This document shows, piece by piece, positions 25,649 to 33,654 of a stretch of DNA of 41,623 bases. Under the pieces are notes generated by a model that saw nothing but the letters and a program-made list of their open reading frames with translations, had not been told where the DNA came from and did not search any database. Position 1 is the first letter of the stretch, and the number at the start of each line of letters is the position of its first letter. Position numbers and translations under genes: made by a program. The DNA lies in the NCBI GenBank assembly GCA_041163725.1, contig JBEAQW010000166.1, forward strand, positions 1 to 41,623, given 5' to 3'. Origin of the DNA: Planctomycetota bacterium (GTDB lineage: Bacteria; Planctomycetota; Phycisphaerae; Phycisphaerales; SM1A02).

Positions 25649-26284
25649 ATGAATCGCACCGGACCGGGACTCGGTGGGCTCGGCCCGACCTTCGCAAGCC
25701 TCCGAGCCATCGCCGCGGTATCGGCTTCGCTGTTCGCGTCGGCCGCATCCCATGCGGATGGCTTCCGCCTGCAGCTCGAGGACGATGCGGTGCCGATCCA
25801 GCTCCCCGCCTCGAGTCCATCGCTCGCGGCCGACGCCGCCGAGATCGAACCCTACTTCCTCGGTGGATCCGACTTCTCGGGAATCACCGTGCTCGTTGCG
25901 GGCGCGCGGCTCAACTGGTTCGTCGCCGACCATGTGTCGGTCGGCTGCTTCTTCGAGGGCGCGCATGTGAATCAGGTCGGCGAGAACGCGATGGGTGGCG
26001 GCGCGGGCATCCTCCTCCGCTGGCACTTCATGGAGAAGGAGGACATGAGCGCCTTCGTCGAGCTCGGCATCGGCTTCACGGCGTTCGACGATCCCGTGCC
26101 CGAGATCGCGACGGCGTTCGACTTCTCGCCGCGCGCCGCGATCGGCGCGCGCTGGGCGCTCTCCGACGACGCGATGCTCACGGCGCAGATCGGCTGGCTG
26201 CACTTCTCGAACGCGCAGACCGGCGAGGAGAATCCCGGCGTCGATGTGCTCGCGATCGGGCTCGGCGTGCGCTTCGAGTTCTGA
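25649..26284 (+). CDS. Outer-membrane acyloxyacyl hydrolase / lipid A deacylase (PagL-like) beta-barrel
   Basis: A signal peptide is present, along with alternating beta-strand pattern and an HFSNA motif near the C-terminus. The terminal Phe (VRFEF) is typical of outer-membrane barrels. Confidence 0.7.
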   Translation: MNRTGPGLGGLGPTFASLRAIAAVSASLFASAASHADGFRLQLEDDAVPIQLPASSPSLAADAAEIEPYFLGGSDFSGITVLVAGARLNWFVADHVSVGCFFEGAHVNQVGENAMGGGAGILLRWHFMEKEDMSAFVELGIGFTAFDDPVPEIATAFDFSPRAAIGARWALSDDAMLTAQIGWLHFSNAQTGEENPGVDVLAIGLGVRFEF

Positions 26285-26300
26285 TCGTCGGAGGCGGGCC

Positions 26301-27320
26301 TCAGGCGTATCCCGCGGGATGCGCGCGCATCCAATCCCACGCGGTGCGCACGATCCCGTCGAGATCGTCGTGGCGTGCGGTCCAGCCGAGGTCCCGGCGA
26401 ATGGAGGTGGGATCGGCGAAGAGACGCGGCGGATCGCCGGGGCGACGCGCGGCTTCGACCGTCGGGATCGCATGGCCCGTCACGCGCCGGCATGCATCGA
26501 TCACCTCGCGCACCGAGTGGCCGCGTCCGATGCCGACATTCCACGCCTTGAAGCGTCCGCTCTCGAGCGCGGGGAGCGCGGCGACATGTGCGTCGATCAG
26601 GTCCTCGACATGGACATAGTCGCGGATGCAGGTTCCATCGGGCGTCGCGTAGTCGACGCCGAACACGGAGAGCCGCTCGCGCTTCCCGAGCGCGACCTCG
26701 AGCGCGATCGGAATGAGATGCGTCTCGGGACGATGATCCTCGCCGAGCCGGCCGCGCGCGTCGCAGCCCGCGACATTGAAGTAGCGCAGTGCGACCGCCG
26801 CGAGCGGCGCAGCGACCGGCGCGGCGCACTCGTCGCGCAGTACGCGCTCGAACAGCAGCTTCGATGCGCCGTACGGATTGATCGGCGACTGCGGCGTGTC
26901 CTCCGCGATCGGGATGCGTGCTGCATCGGGCTCTCCGTAGGTCGCGCAGGTCGAGCTGAACACGATGCGGCGGACGCCCGCGTCGCGCATCGCGCGGAGC
27001 AGCGAGATGCCGCCCGCGGTGTTGACCGTGAAGTAGTCGAGCGGCCGCTCGACGCTCTCGCCGACATAGGTGAGCGCCGCGAAATGCAGCACCGCCTCGA
27101 TCCCGCGCCGCTCGATCGCCTCGCGCAGCCGATCGGTCTCGGCGAGATCGGCTTCGACGAATTCGAAGCGTGCACCGCCCGCTGCACGCAGCACCTCGAT
27201 GGCCCCGCGATGTCCGCGGGAGAGGTCGTCCACGACGGTGACCTCATGCCCCTCGTCGAGGAGCCGGAGCGCCGCGTGTGAACCGATGTAGCCGGCACCG
27301 CCGGTCACGAGGAGTCGCAT
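26301..27320 (-). CDS. galE: UDP-glucose 4-epimerase
   Basis: MRLLVTGGAGYIGSH, the catalytic YGASK and the overall GalE layout are present. Confidence 0.95.
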   Translation of the reverse strand: MRLLVTGGAGYIGSHAALRLLDEGHEVTVVDDLSRGHRGAIEVLRAAGGARFEFVEADLAETDRLREAIERRGIEAVLHFAALTYVGESVERPLDYFTVNTAGGISLLRAMRDAGVRRIVFSSTCATYGEPDAARIPIAEDTPQSPINPYGASKLLFERVLRDECAAPVAAPLAAVALRYFNVAGCDARGRLGEDHRPETHLIPIALEVALGKRERLSVFGVDYATPDGTCIRDYVHVEDLIDAHVAALPALESGRFKAWNVGIGRGHSVREVIDACRRVTGHAIPTVEAARRPGDPPRLFADPTSIRRDLGWTARHDDLDGIVRTAWDWMRAHPAGYA

Positions 27321-27583
27321 GGTCGGGTTCTATCGGAGAATCCAGGGGCCGTGAGAAGTGAATCACCGCGTCGGGGGTTTTCCCGCGGAGCCGAACGGGT
27401 GGCCCCGGGGCGTGCGGGCGTCTCCAACGGTCGTCCGGACGGGCGGGTTCCCCATACCTCCGGTCGGGGATGGAAACCCCGAGGAATGGCTGCAAGTCGA
27501 TCGCCGAGACGGCCGATAGCCACTCAGAGCCACCCTACGGGTCGTACGACCCGCACAGACCGTACAGCCGGTCCGAGCCAACC

Positions 27584-29059
27584 ATGCGTACCACCGCGAT
27601 TCTCATCGGTCCTCCCGCCTCCTGCGACCTGCTCGAGCGCCAGCTCGCGCTGCTTCCGTCGGGGCCGGTGGTGATCGGAAGGATCCATGTCGGGGGTGAG
27701 GCAGGGCCGGGTTCCGGTTCGACGGTCCTCGGCACCCTCGATCAGCTCGAGTCGATCTGCGCGACGCGCCGTCCTGGGCTCGCGCTCGTCACGCTCCCGG
27801 CGGCGATGTCCGAACTCCTGACCACGATCCGCACGCGGCTGCGTCGACTGTCGATTCCCGACCGCTTCATGCCGGGCCTCGAGGACCAGCTCGCGGGCAT
27901 CGGGCCGCGCACCGAGATCGATGTGGATCTGCAGCGGCTCATCGGTCGCCCCGCGCGCCGTATCGATGAAGGCGCGATCCGCGCCGTCGTCGGCGGGCGC
28001 ACCGTGGTCGTGACCGGTGCGGGTGGTTCGATCGGCAGCGAGATCTGCCGCATCGTCGCCCGCTACAACCCCGGCAAGCTCGTACTCGTCGAGCGCAGCG
28101 AGAACGCGCTCTTCGAGATCGATCGTCAGATCGCGCGACGGTATCCCGATCTTCCGCGACGCGCGGCGCTCCACGATGTGGTCGACGCCGAAGCGACGCT
28201 CGAGCTCTTCCGCGAGGAGGAGCCCGACATCGTGTTCCACGCCGCCGCCCACAAGCATGTTCCGATGATGGAGGACCACCCCGGCCTCGCCGTCGACAAC
28301 AACCTCTTCGGCACGAAGAGCGCCGTCGACGCGGCCATCGCGATCGGCTGCGAGCGGTTCGTGATGGTCTCGACCGACAAGGCCGTGAATCCCACCTCGA
28401 TCATGGGTTCCACGAAGCGCCTCGCCGAACTCTATGTGCAGCATGTCAACCGCACCGCGGGGACGGCCTGCTCGCTCGTGCGGTTCGGCAATGTGCTCGG
28501 AAGCTCGGGCTCCGTGCTCGAGACCTGGAAGAAGCAGATCGCCGACGGTGGGCCCGTCACCGTGACCGACCCGCGCATGACGCGCTACTTCATGTCGATT
28601 CCCGAGGCGGCCGCGCTCGTCATCCAGGCGGCGGCGCTGACCGACCGATCCGCCGACAGCGGCGAGGTGTTCGTGCTCGACATGGGCGAGCCGTTCCGCA
28701 TCGTCGATCTCGTCGGACGCTTCATCGAGATGCATGGGCTGCGCCCGGTGCTCCCGGGCTCCTCCGGGCCTGCGGGCCATGGCGACATCGCCGTCGTGTT
28801 CACCGGCGCGCGACCGGGCGAGAAGCTCTTCGAAGAGCTTGCGCTCGACGCGGAGACCATCCGCGAGTCGCGGCATCCGGACATCCGCATCTGGGCGCTT
28901 CCGACTCCCGATCCGACCTGGATCGCCGGCATGCTCGACACGCTGGCACCCAGCCGTCGGAGCCGCGACGGAGCGCATGTCGCGACGCTCGTGCGAGCGC
29001 TCGTTCCCGAACCTGCGGTGGGGGCTGCCAATCCCGCCGTCGCGGGGAGCGCTGCCTGA
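27584..29059 (+). CDS. Polysaccharide biosynthesis protein, CapD/WbpM-type NDP-sugar 4,6-dehydratase/epimerase
   Basis: VVVTGAGGSIGSEICRIV...VLVERSENALFEIDRQ...FHAAAHKHVPMMEDHP...STDKAVNPTSIMGSTKRLAE is present. The start is set at ATG 27584 (MRTTAILIG). Confidence 0.9.
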   Translation: MRTTAILIGPPASCDLLERQLALLPSGPVVIGRIHVGGEAGPGSGSTVLGTLDQLESICATRRPGLALVTLPAAMSELLTTIRTRLRRLSIPDRFMPGLEDQLAGIGPRTEIDVDLQRLIGRPARRIDEGAIRAVVGGRTVVVTGAGGSIGSEICRIVARYNPGKLVLVERSENALFEIDRQIARRYPDLPRRAALHDVVDAEATLELFREEEPDIVFHAAAHKHVPMMEDHPGLAVDNNLFGTKSAVDAAIAIGCERFVMVSTDKAVNPTSIMGSTKRLAELYVQHVNRTAGTACSLVRFGNVLGSSGSVLETWKKQIADGGPVTVTDPRMTRYFMSIPEAAALVIQAAALTDRSADSGEVFVLDMGEPFRIVDLVGRFIEMHGLRPVLPGSSGPAGHGDIAVVFTGARPGEKLFEELALDAETIRESRHPDIRIWALPTPDPTWIAGMLDTLAPSRRSRDGAHVATLVRALVPEPAVGAANPAVAGSAA

Positions 29060-29060
29060 C

Positions 29061-29417
29061 TCAGACCCTCTCGGCGTCGGCGGCGAGCGCCGTGGCGGAC
29101 TCGAGCAGGCGGATCAGTTCCTTGGTCGACTCGATCGCGGCATCGATGCTGCTCGAGCCCGTGATCTGGCGGATGGGGTCCTGGCGGCGATCCTCGGCGA
29201 GCTTGCCCTCGACGATCGCCTTGTTCAGTTCGAGTTCAACCAGAACGGCACGGGCTTCCCCGAGGGCCTCGGCGGCCCGGTCGGGCGAAAGCGTCTCGGT
29301 GGCGGAAGGTGCGGCGGCCGACCCGTTGCGTGCGGGAACCGTGGCTCCTCGCCCGCGCGACACCTCGCGGTCGTGATGCGTTCCGAAGGGGGGGATCGTG
29401 CCAGGGCGCGAATCCAT
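29061..29417 (-). CDS. Hypothetical protein (C-terminal helical/coiled segment)
   Basis: 118-codon ORF with G/C-ending codons. It is the last gene of the minus-strand block, and I recognise no motif. Confidence 0.5.
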   Translation of the reverse strand: MDSRPGTIPPFGTHHDREVSRGRGATVPARNGSAAAPSATETLSPDRAAEALGEARAVLVELELNKAIVEGKLAEDRRQDPIRQITGSSSIDAAIESTKELIRLLESATALAADAERV

Positions 29418-29508
29418 GAACGGGAATCATGGCAATGAACGGCGGCTTCGGCAAGCCCGACCGAGGCTTGTCCACACGCCCGAGAACCAAGTTGGCCCGC
29501 GGCGGGGT

Positions 29509-29548
29509 GCCGAGGCCTTCCATACAGGACGCGGATGCAGGCCTCGGC
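29509..29548 (-). terminator. Perfect 10-bp stem-loop immediately after the stop of the upstream small gene (no U-tract)
   Basis: gccgaggcct (29509-29518) pairs with aggcctcggc (29539-29548) around a 20-nt loop. The structure lies 1 nt downstream of the stop at 29550-29552 in minus-strand orientation. Confidence 0.3.
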
Positions 29549-29549
29549 G

Positions 29550-29909
29550 TCAGGCGCCGCGCGACTCGTCGGGTCCGAGCGGCTCGCACTCGATGGAGGC
29601 GGCCTCGCCGGCGAGCTTGCGCTCCGCGTAGCGGCGCAGCCAGTTCTCCCAGGAGCGACCGCTCGCCGCGTCCTTGCCGGTGAACGCCAGCCGCCGGATC
29701 GATCGGATGGACACCGACACGCGGTCGGATCCATCGGAGGGGAGGAGGCTGATGGTGCCGTCACCATCCTCGCCCATCCGCGCATCGAAGGCGAAGCCCT
29801 CGATGATGGATCCATCGGTGCGGGTCACCGTCACATCGCCGCGGAAGTCGACCGCGCGCAGGATGGCGTCGCGCAGACCATCATCGTCCGCATCGACATC
29901 ACTCGTCAT
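29550..29909 (-). CDS. Hypothetical small acidic protein
   Basis: The start is set at ATG 29909 (MTSDVDADDDGLRDAILRAVDFRGDVTVTRTDG...). It overlaps the upstream gene by 11 nt and shows good G/C third-position bias. The longer track ORF to 30086 was rejected. Confidence 0.6.
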   Translation of the reverse strand: MTSDVDADDDGLRDAILRAVDFRGDVTVTRTDGSIIEGFAFDARMGEDGDGTISLLPSDGSDRVSVSIRSIRRLAFTGKDAASGRSWENWLRRYAERKLAGEAASIECEPLGPDESRGA

Positions 29910-30306
29910 CGTCGTCGCCCGGAGCGTAGCGGTCGTCATCGTCATCGTCGTCACCGTCATGGAACGGTGGGACATACTCCGCGCGCACGGGGTCGAAGAA
30001 GCGCCAGCCCCGCTCGAGCGTCGCACGAAGGAGGCGGCCCTTCGCCTCCTTCTGCGTACCGAAGAAGAGGATGTGGAAGAGTTCATCCTCGGTGACCGTC
30101 AGCGTGAGCTGGAGGATCGGGTCCTGCATCGGCGGAAGCTCGACGCGGATGCCAGGACCATGCAGCACATCGCCGCCCGCCTGGTCCGGCCGCGTGTTCA
30201 CGGACTCGAAGAACTGCGCGATCTCCGCCCGCGACGCGAGTGGGGCGAGTCCGCCGCCCTCGGCCTTGGTGCGCGGCTTCTGCAGGATGTAGAGGTCTGA
30301 CAGCAT
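29899..30306 (-). CDS. Hypothetical protein with poly-Asp C-terminal tail
   Basis: 135 codons running from MLSDLYILQKPRTKAEG to HDGDDDDDDDRYAPGDDDDE, with coding-type codon bias. It lies directly downstream of the response regulator. Confidence 0.6.
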   Translation of the reverse strand: MLSDLYILQKPRTKAEGGGLAPLASRAEIAQFFESVNTRPDQAGGDVLHGPGIRVELPPMQDPILQLTLTVTEDELFHILFFGTQKEAKGRLLRATLERGWRFFDPVRAEYVPPFHDGDDDDDDDRYAPGDDDDE

Positions 30307-30361
30307 GGAGTGCGGATCCGATCTGCGCGCGATGATAGCGGCTCGTGCGGACGGGCCGGGA

Positions 30362-30781
30362 TCAGCCGTTCGCGAGCAGGTTTGCGGCGGTATCGAGGAG
30401 CCGGACGAGGGAGACGGGCTTCTGGAGGTAGGCCCGTGCGCCGAGGCCGAGCGCGAACTCCCGATGCCGTCGCCCCTGGTTCGCGGTGACCATGATGACG
30501 GGGATCTCGATGCGCTCCTCGTGGAGCTTCTCGAGCACGAGAAGGCCGGAGCTCCGCGGCAGCATCATGTCGAGCACGAGTATGTCGAGCTTCGCGCCAC
30601 CGGCGTCGGGCGCGTCGCCGCCCGCACCCGCATGCTCGCGCACGAGATGCAGCGCACCCAGCCCGTCGGTCGCGGTGAGCGTGCGCGCGCCCTCGTGCCG
30701 GAACGCCATCTCGATCGACTGCAGGATGTCGGGATCGTCGTCGACGATCGCGATGGTCCGGTTGGCGAATCGGCTACCCAA
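30362..30781 (-). CDS. Single-domain (receiver-only) response regulator
   Basis: REC-domain landmarks are present: IAIVDDDP, the phospho-acceptor context ILVLDMMLP, VIMVTAN and YLQKP. The proposed TTG start at 30781 has GGAGA 6 nt upstream. The 354-codon track ORF is mostly an out-of-context extension. Confidence 0.85.
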   Translation of the reverse strand: MGSRFANRTIAIVDDDPDILQSIEMAFRHEGARTLTATDGLGALHLVREHAGAGGDAPDAGGAKLDILVLDMMLPRSSGLLVLEKLHEERIEIPVIMVTANQGRRHREFALGLGARAYLQKPVSLVRLLDTAANLLANG

Positions 30782-30852
30782 GAATGATCTCCGGGATCGC
30801 GTTGGTCTCCGGGATCGCACGGAACGGTCCGTGTGATCCGTGTGGCGATTCC

Positions 30853-31944
30853 TCAGCCCGCGCACCGCACGGCGGAGGACGGACGATAGCGGGGGTCGAT
30901 GGCCTGCGGGGCGCCGGGGGTGAGGAGCGCCGCCGGATCGACGGGTGCATCGAGCGGCTTGCGGAGTTCGTCGAGCAGGGCGGGAGTCATCCACGGCAGC
31001 GCGGCGAGCTTGCGTGCGAGGCGGTCTGGGAAGGGCTGCCCCTCGCGCTCGTGCTTCGGCCTGGAGTTCCAGCGGCGATGCACCCAGAGGTACTGATCGG
31101 GGCTCTCGCGCACCATCCATTCGATCGCCCGGTTGAAGCGCGCGCCGATGTAGAGCATCGGATCGTCGGCGTCGGCCCAGTCGGGTGGCTCGATGACATC
31201 GGTGACGCGCACCTGGTAGCTGAATCGCCCGTCGACGCGCCGCGCGTAGCCGCACACGATCGGGAGCTCGTACCGCATCGCGAGCAGCGGTATCGACTTG
31301 TAGGTCGACGCGAGGCGCGAGAAGAAGGGCACGAACAGGCCGTCGGGGCCCGCGTTCTGGTCGGCGATGAAGGCGACCTTGCCGCCGGACTCGATCGTGC
31401 GCTGCAGTTCGTCGGTCGCACCCCACTTGGTGATGACGCGGAGCCCGGTCTTCTGCCGCACGCCGAGCAGCCAGTCGTTGAGGAACCGGTTGTCGAGCGG
31501 TCGTGCAAGGGCGGTCATGCGGATGCCGGCGAGCGCCAGCGCGTAGCCGAGGATCTCCCAGTTGCCGACATGGCCCGTGACGAAGATGCAGGGGCGGTCG
31601 CTGAGGATGTGCTTCATCGCGCGCTCGACCTTCGCGATGCGGAGGTGCTCGTGCCAGTTCTCGTGGCCGACCGTGCGCGGCATGGAGAACGCATCGACCA
31701 TGAACAGGCCGAACATGTGCCCGATGGATGCATCGACCAGATGACGCTGCGCCTCGGTGTCGAGCCAGGGCATCGAGCGTGCGACGCCGGCGCGCGCACG
31801 CTCGCGTCGGCGCTTTCCGAGCCGCGAGTAGATCGAGCCGATCAGCCGCGCGGTCTGCAGGTTTTCATCGGGATGGAACGATGAAAACAACGCGGCGACC
31901 GTTCTGGCCGCCGCGTATTGGGTGAGTTCGATTCCGATGCCCAT
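30853..31944 (-). CDS. Lipid A biosynthesis (Kdo)2-lipid IVA acyltransferase family protein (LpxL/HtrB-like)
   Basis: The acyltransferase motif CIFVTGHVGNWEILG (HX4-type) is present, and the length and layout fit the lauroyl/myristoyl acyltransferase family. Confidence 0.8.
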   Translation of the reverse strand: MGIGIELTQYAAARTVAALFSSFHPDENLQTARLIGSIYSRLGKRRRERARAGVARSMPWLDTEAQRHLVDASIGHMFGLFMVDAFSMPRTVGHENWHEHLRIAKVERAMKHILSDRPCIFVTGHVGNWEILGYALALAGIRMTALARPLDNRFLNDWLLGVRQKTGLRVITKWGATDELQRTIESGGKVAFIADQNAGPDGLFVPFFSRLASTYKSIPLLAMRYELPIVCGYARRVDGRFSYQVRVTDVIEPPDWADADDPMLYIGARFNRAIEWMVRESPDQYLWVHRRWNSRPKHEREGQPFPDRLARKLAALPWMTPALLDELRKPLDAPVDPAALLTPGAPQAIDPRYRPSSAVRCAG

Positions 31945-32007
31945 GATGTCCGGTCAAGTGCTGCGGGAGCGCCGTCAGGCGATCCCGTCCCCGTCAGGGG
32001 AGGGGAC

Positions 32008-33369
32008 TCACTGGGGCACCGAGCCGGTGAGCGTCTGGAAGCGCGTCCAGTTGAGCACCGGGATCTCGGCATCGGTCGCCGCGCGGAGCAGGCTGTCGTA
32101 GAGCTCGCGCGCGTTGTTCTGCTGGGTGTAGGCGATGATCTGCGCGTCGGTGGCGTCGCCCGTGAGCGGCGACGGCATCGGCGGCTCGACGCCGAGGACG
32201 AGGAAGTCGAGGTCGCCCGAGAGCGTGTCGCGCTCGAGGACTTCACCGCCCCATTCCATGATGCGGTTCTTGATGAAGTCCGCCTCGCCGACGCTGGCCT
32301 TGCCGTCGCCGTTGACATCGAACTTGCCGTGGACGAGGAACTTGAACTTGTAGTTCGGGTTGTAGACCGCGTTCGCGATCACATCGTCCTTGACGATCGG
32401 GCGGCTGCCCGAGCCGCGCAGGATGCGGCAGGTCGAGGTCGTGTCGCCGATCTTGATGACCTGGATGCTGGCCTTGCCGCGACCGTTGCCCTTGGCGGCG
32501 GAGACGATGCTCGGGGCGTCGTCGAAGACCTCGAAGGTCATGCCGGGCACGACGCGCTTGTTCGCGCCGATGTCGATGAAGACCGCGCCGTTCTTCGCGT
32601 CGTAGTCGACGATGCGGGCGTCGACGAGGGCCGCGGGGTTGGTCGCCGAGATGGTGGTGGCGTCGACCTTGCGCTGCAGGGCGGCCACGCGCTCGTCGGC
32701 GCGCTGGAGGCGCTCGCGGAGCGCATCGATCTCGTTCAGGAGACCGTCGATCTTCTCGGTGTAGATCTCCTCGTGCTCGGAGCGCGCCTCGGCGAGGGCG
32801 TCCTTCGCCTCGCTGATCTCGGCGCGATAGCCCTCCGCGGCGTCGCGATAGCCGGCGATCGAGCCGGTGATCTTCGCGACGGCTTCCTCGCGGGCCTGCT
32901 CGGCCGACGCAAGACGCTGCTTGAGGGAGTCGATCTCCTTCGCGAGATCGGCGGCCTTGCTCTTCTGGCTGTTCGCTTCCTGGGCGCGGGCGTCGCGCTC
33001 CTGGCGGAGTGCGCGCATCGCGTCCTGCACCGACTGGTTCTCGGCGAGGCCGAGCGTGGTGCGCATGCGGGCGATGTCGGCGTTGCGGTCGTTCGCGACG
33101 AACTGGCCCATCTCGCGCGACTGGTCGAGCATGTAGCCGAAGACGCTGTTTCCGCCCGCCGCGGCGCGGACCGTGGCGACATCGGAGCCGCCGCGCTCGG
33201 GGGAGCTGATGAAGAGGTCGAGTTCGGTCTTCGCCTCGCTCGAAGCCAGCTCGGCCTCCGTCTTGTACTTGTAGAGGAAGATCGAGGTGACGAGAAGACC
33301 GAGGGTGAGGACGACGAAGACCACCAGGGCAACGATGACACCAGTGGATCCGCCAGAGCGAGACGACAT
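32008..33369 (-). CDS. Membrane-anchored coiled-coil protein with BRCT-like C-terminal domain
   Basis: The N-terminal TM helix (VIVALVVFVVLTLGLLVTSIFLY) is followed by ~200 aa of heptad-like E/A/R/K-rich sequence. The C-terminus shows the pattern FLVHGKF...IMEWGGEV...DLDFLVLG...IPVLNWTRF. RBS ggaga precedes the ATG. Confidence 0.8.
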   Translation of the reverse strand: MSSRSGGSTGVIVALVVFVVLTLGLLVTSIFLYKYKTEAELASSEAKTELDLFISSPERGGSDVATVRAAAGGNSVFGYMLDQSREMGQFVANDRNADIARMRTTLGLAENQSVQDAMRALRQERDARAQEANSQKSKAADLAKEIDSLKQRLASAEQAREEAVAKITGSIAGYRDAAEGYRAEISEAKDALAEARSEHEEIYTEKIDGLLNEIDALRERLQRADERVAALQRKVDATTISATNPAALVDARIVDYDAKNGAVFIDIGANKRVVPGMTFEVFDDAPSIVSAAKGNGRGKASIQVIKIGDTTSTCRILRGSGSRPIVKDDVIANAVYNPNYKFKFLVHGKFDVNGDGKASVGEADFIKNRIMEWGGEVLERDTLSGDLDFLVLGVEPPMPSPLTGDATDAQIIAYTQQNNARELYDSLLRAATDAEIPVLNWTRFQTLTGSVPQ

Positions 33370-33419
33370 CTTCAGTTCTCCAGGAGCCCAGGTTGATTGG
33401 GGGCGGGCTCGAGCCGTGG

Positions 33420-33448
33420 AGTATCGGATGTTTCCCCGCTCGCGTCAA
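33420..33448 (-). promoter_or_regulatory. Candidate promoter for the coiled-coil/acyltransferase/regulator block
   Basis: On the minus strand: TTGACG (33448-33443), a 17-nt spacer, then GATACT (33425-33420), about 50 nt upstream of the ATG at 33369. This is by-eye prediction only. Confidence 0.3.
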
Positions 33449-33654
33449 TCGGCAGGTGGGCGGGGCGGCCGGGCGGTCGTTGCCGTGCTTCCGCGGAGGA
33501 CTCGGGGTTCCACGGAGGACCTTCGGGTCCGCGGCGGACTCGGGAGTCGCATGCGGCGGGAGGAAGGGCGCACCCCCGGGCTCGGCTCGGAGTCGGGGCC
33601 CGGCTCGTCCGCATCGCGCGGCCGCTGGTACCCGTGTCAGGCAGTTGGGGCGGT

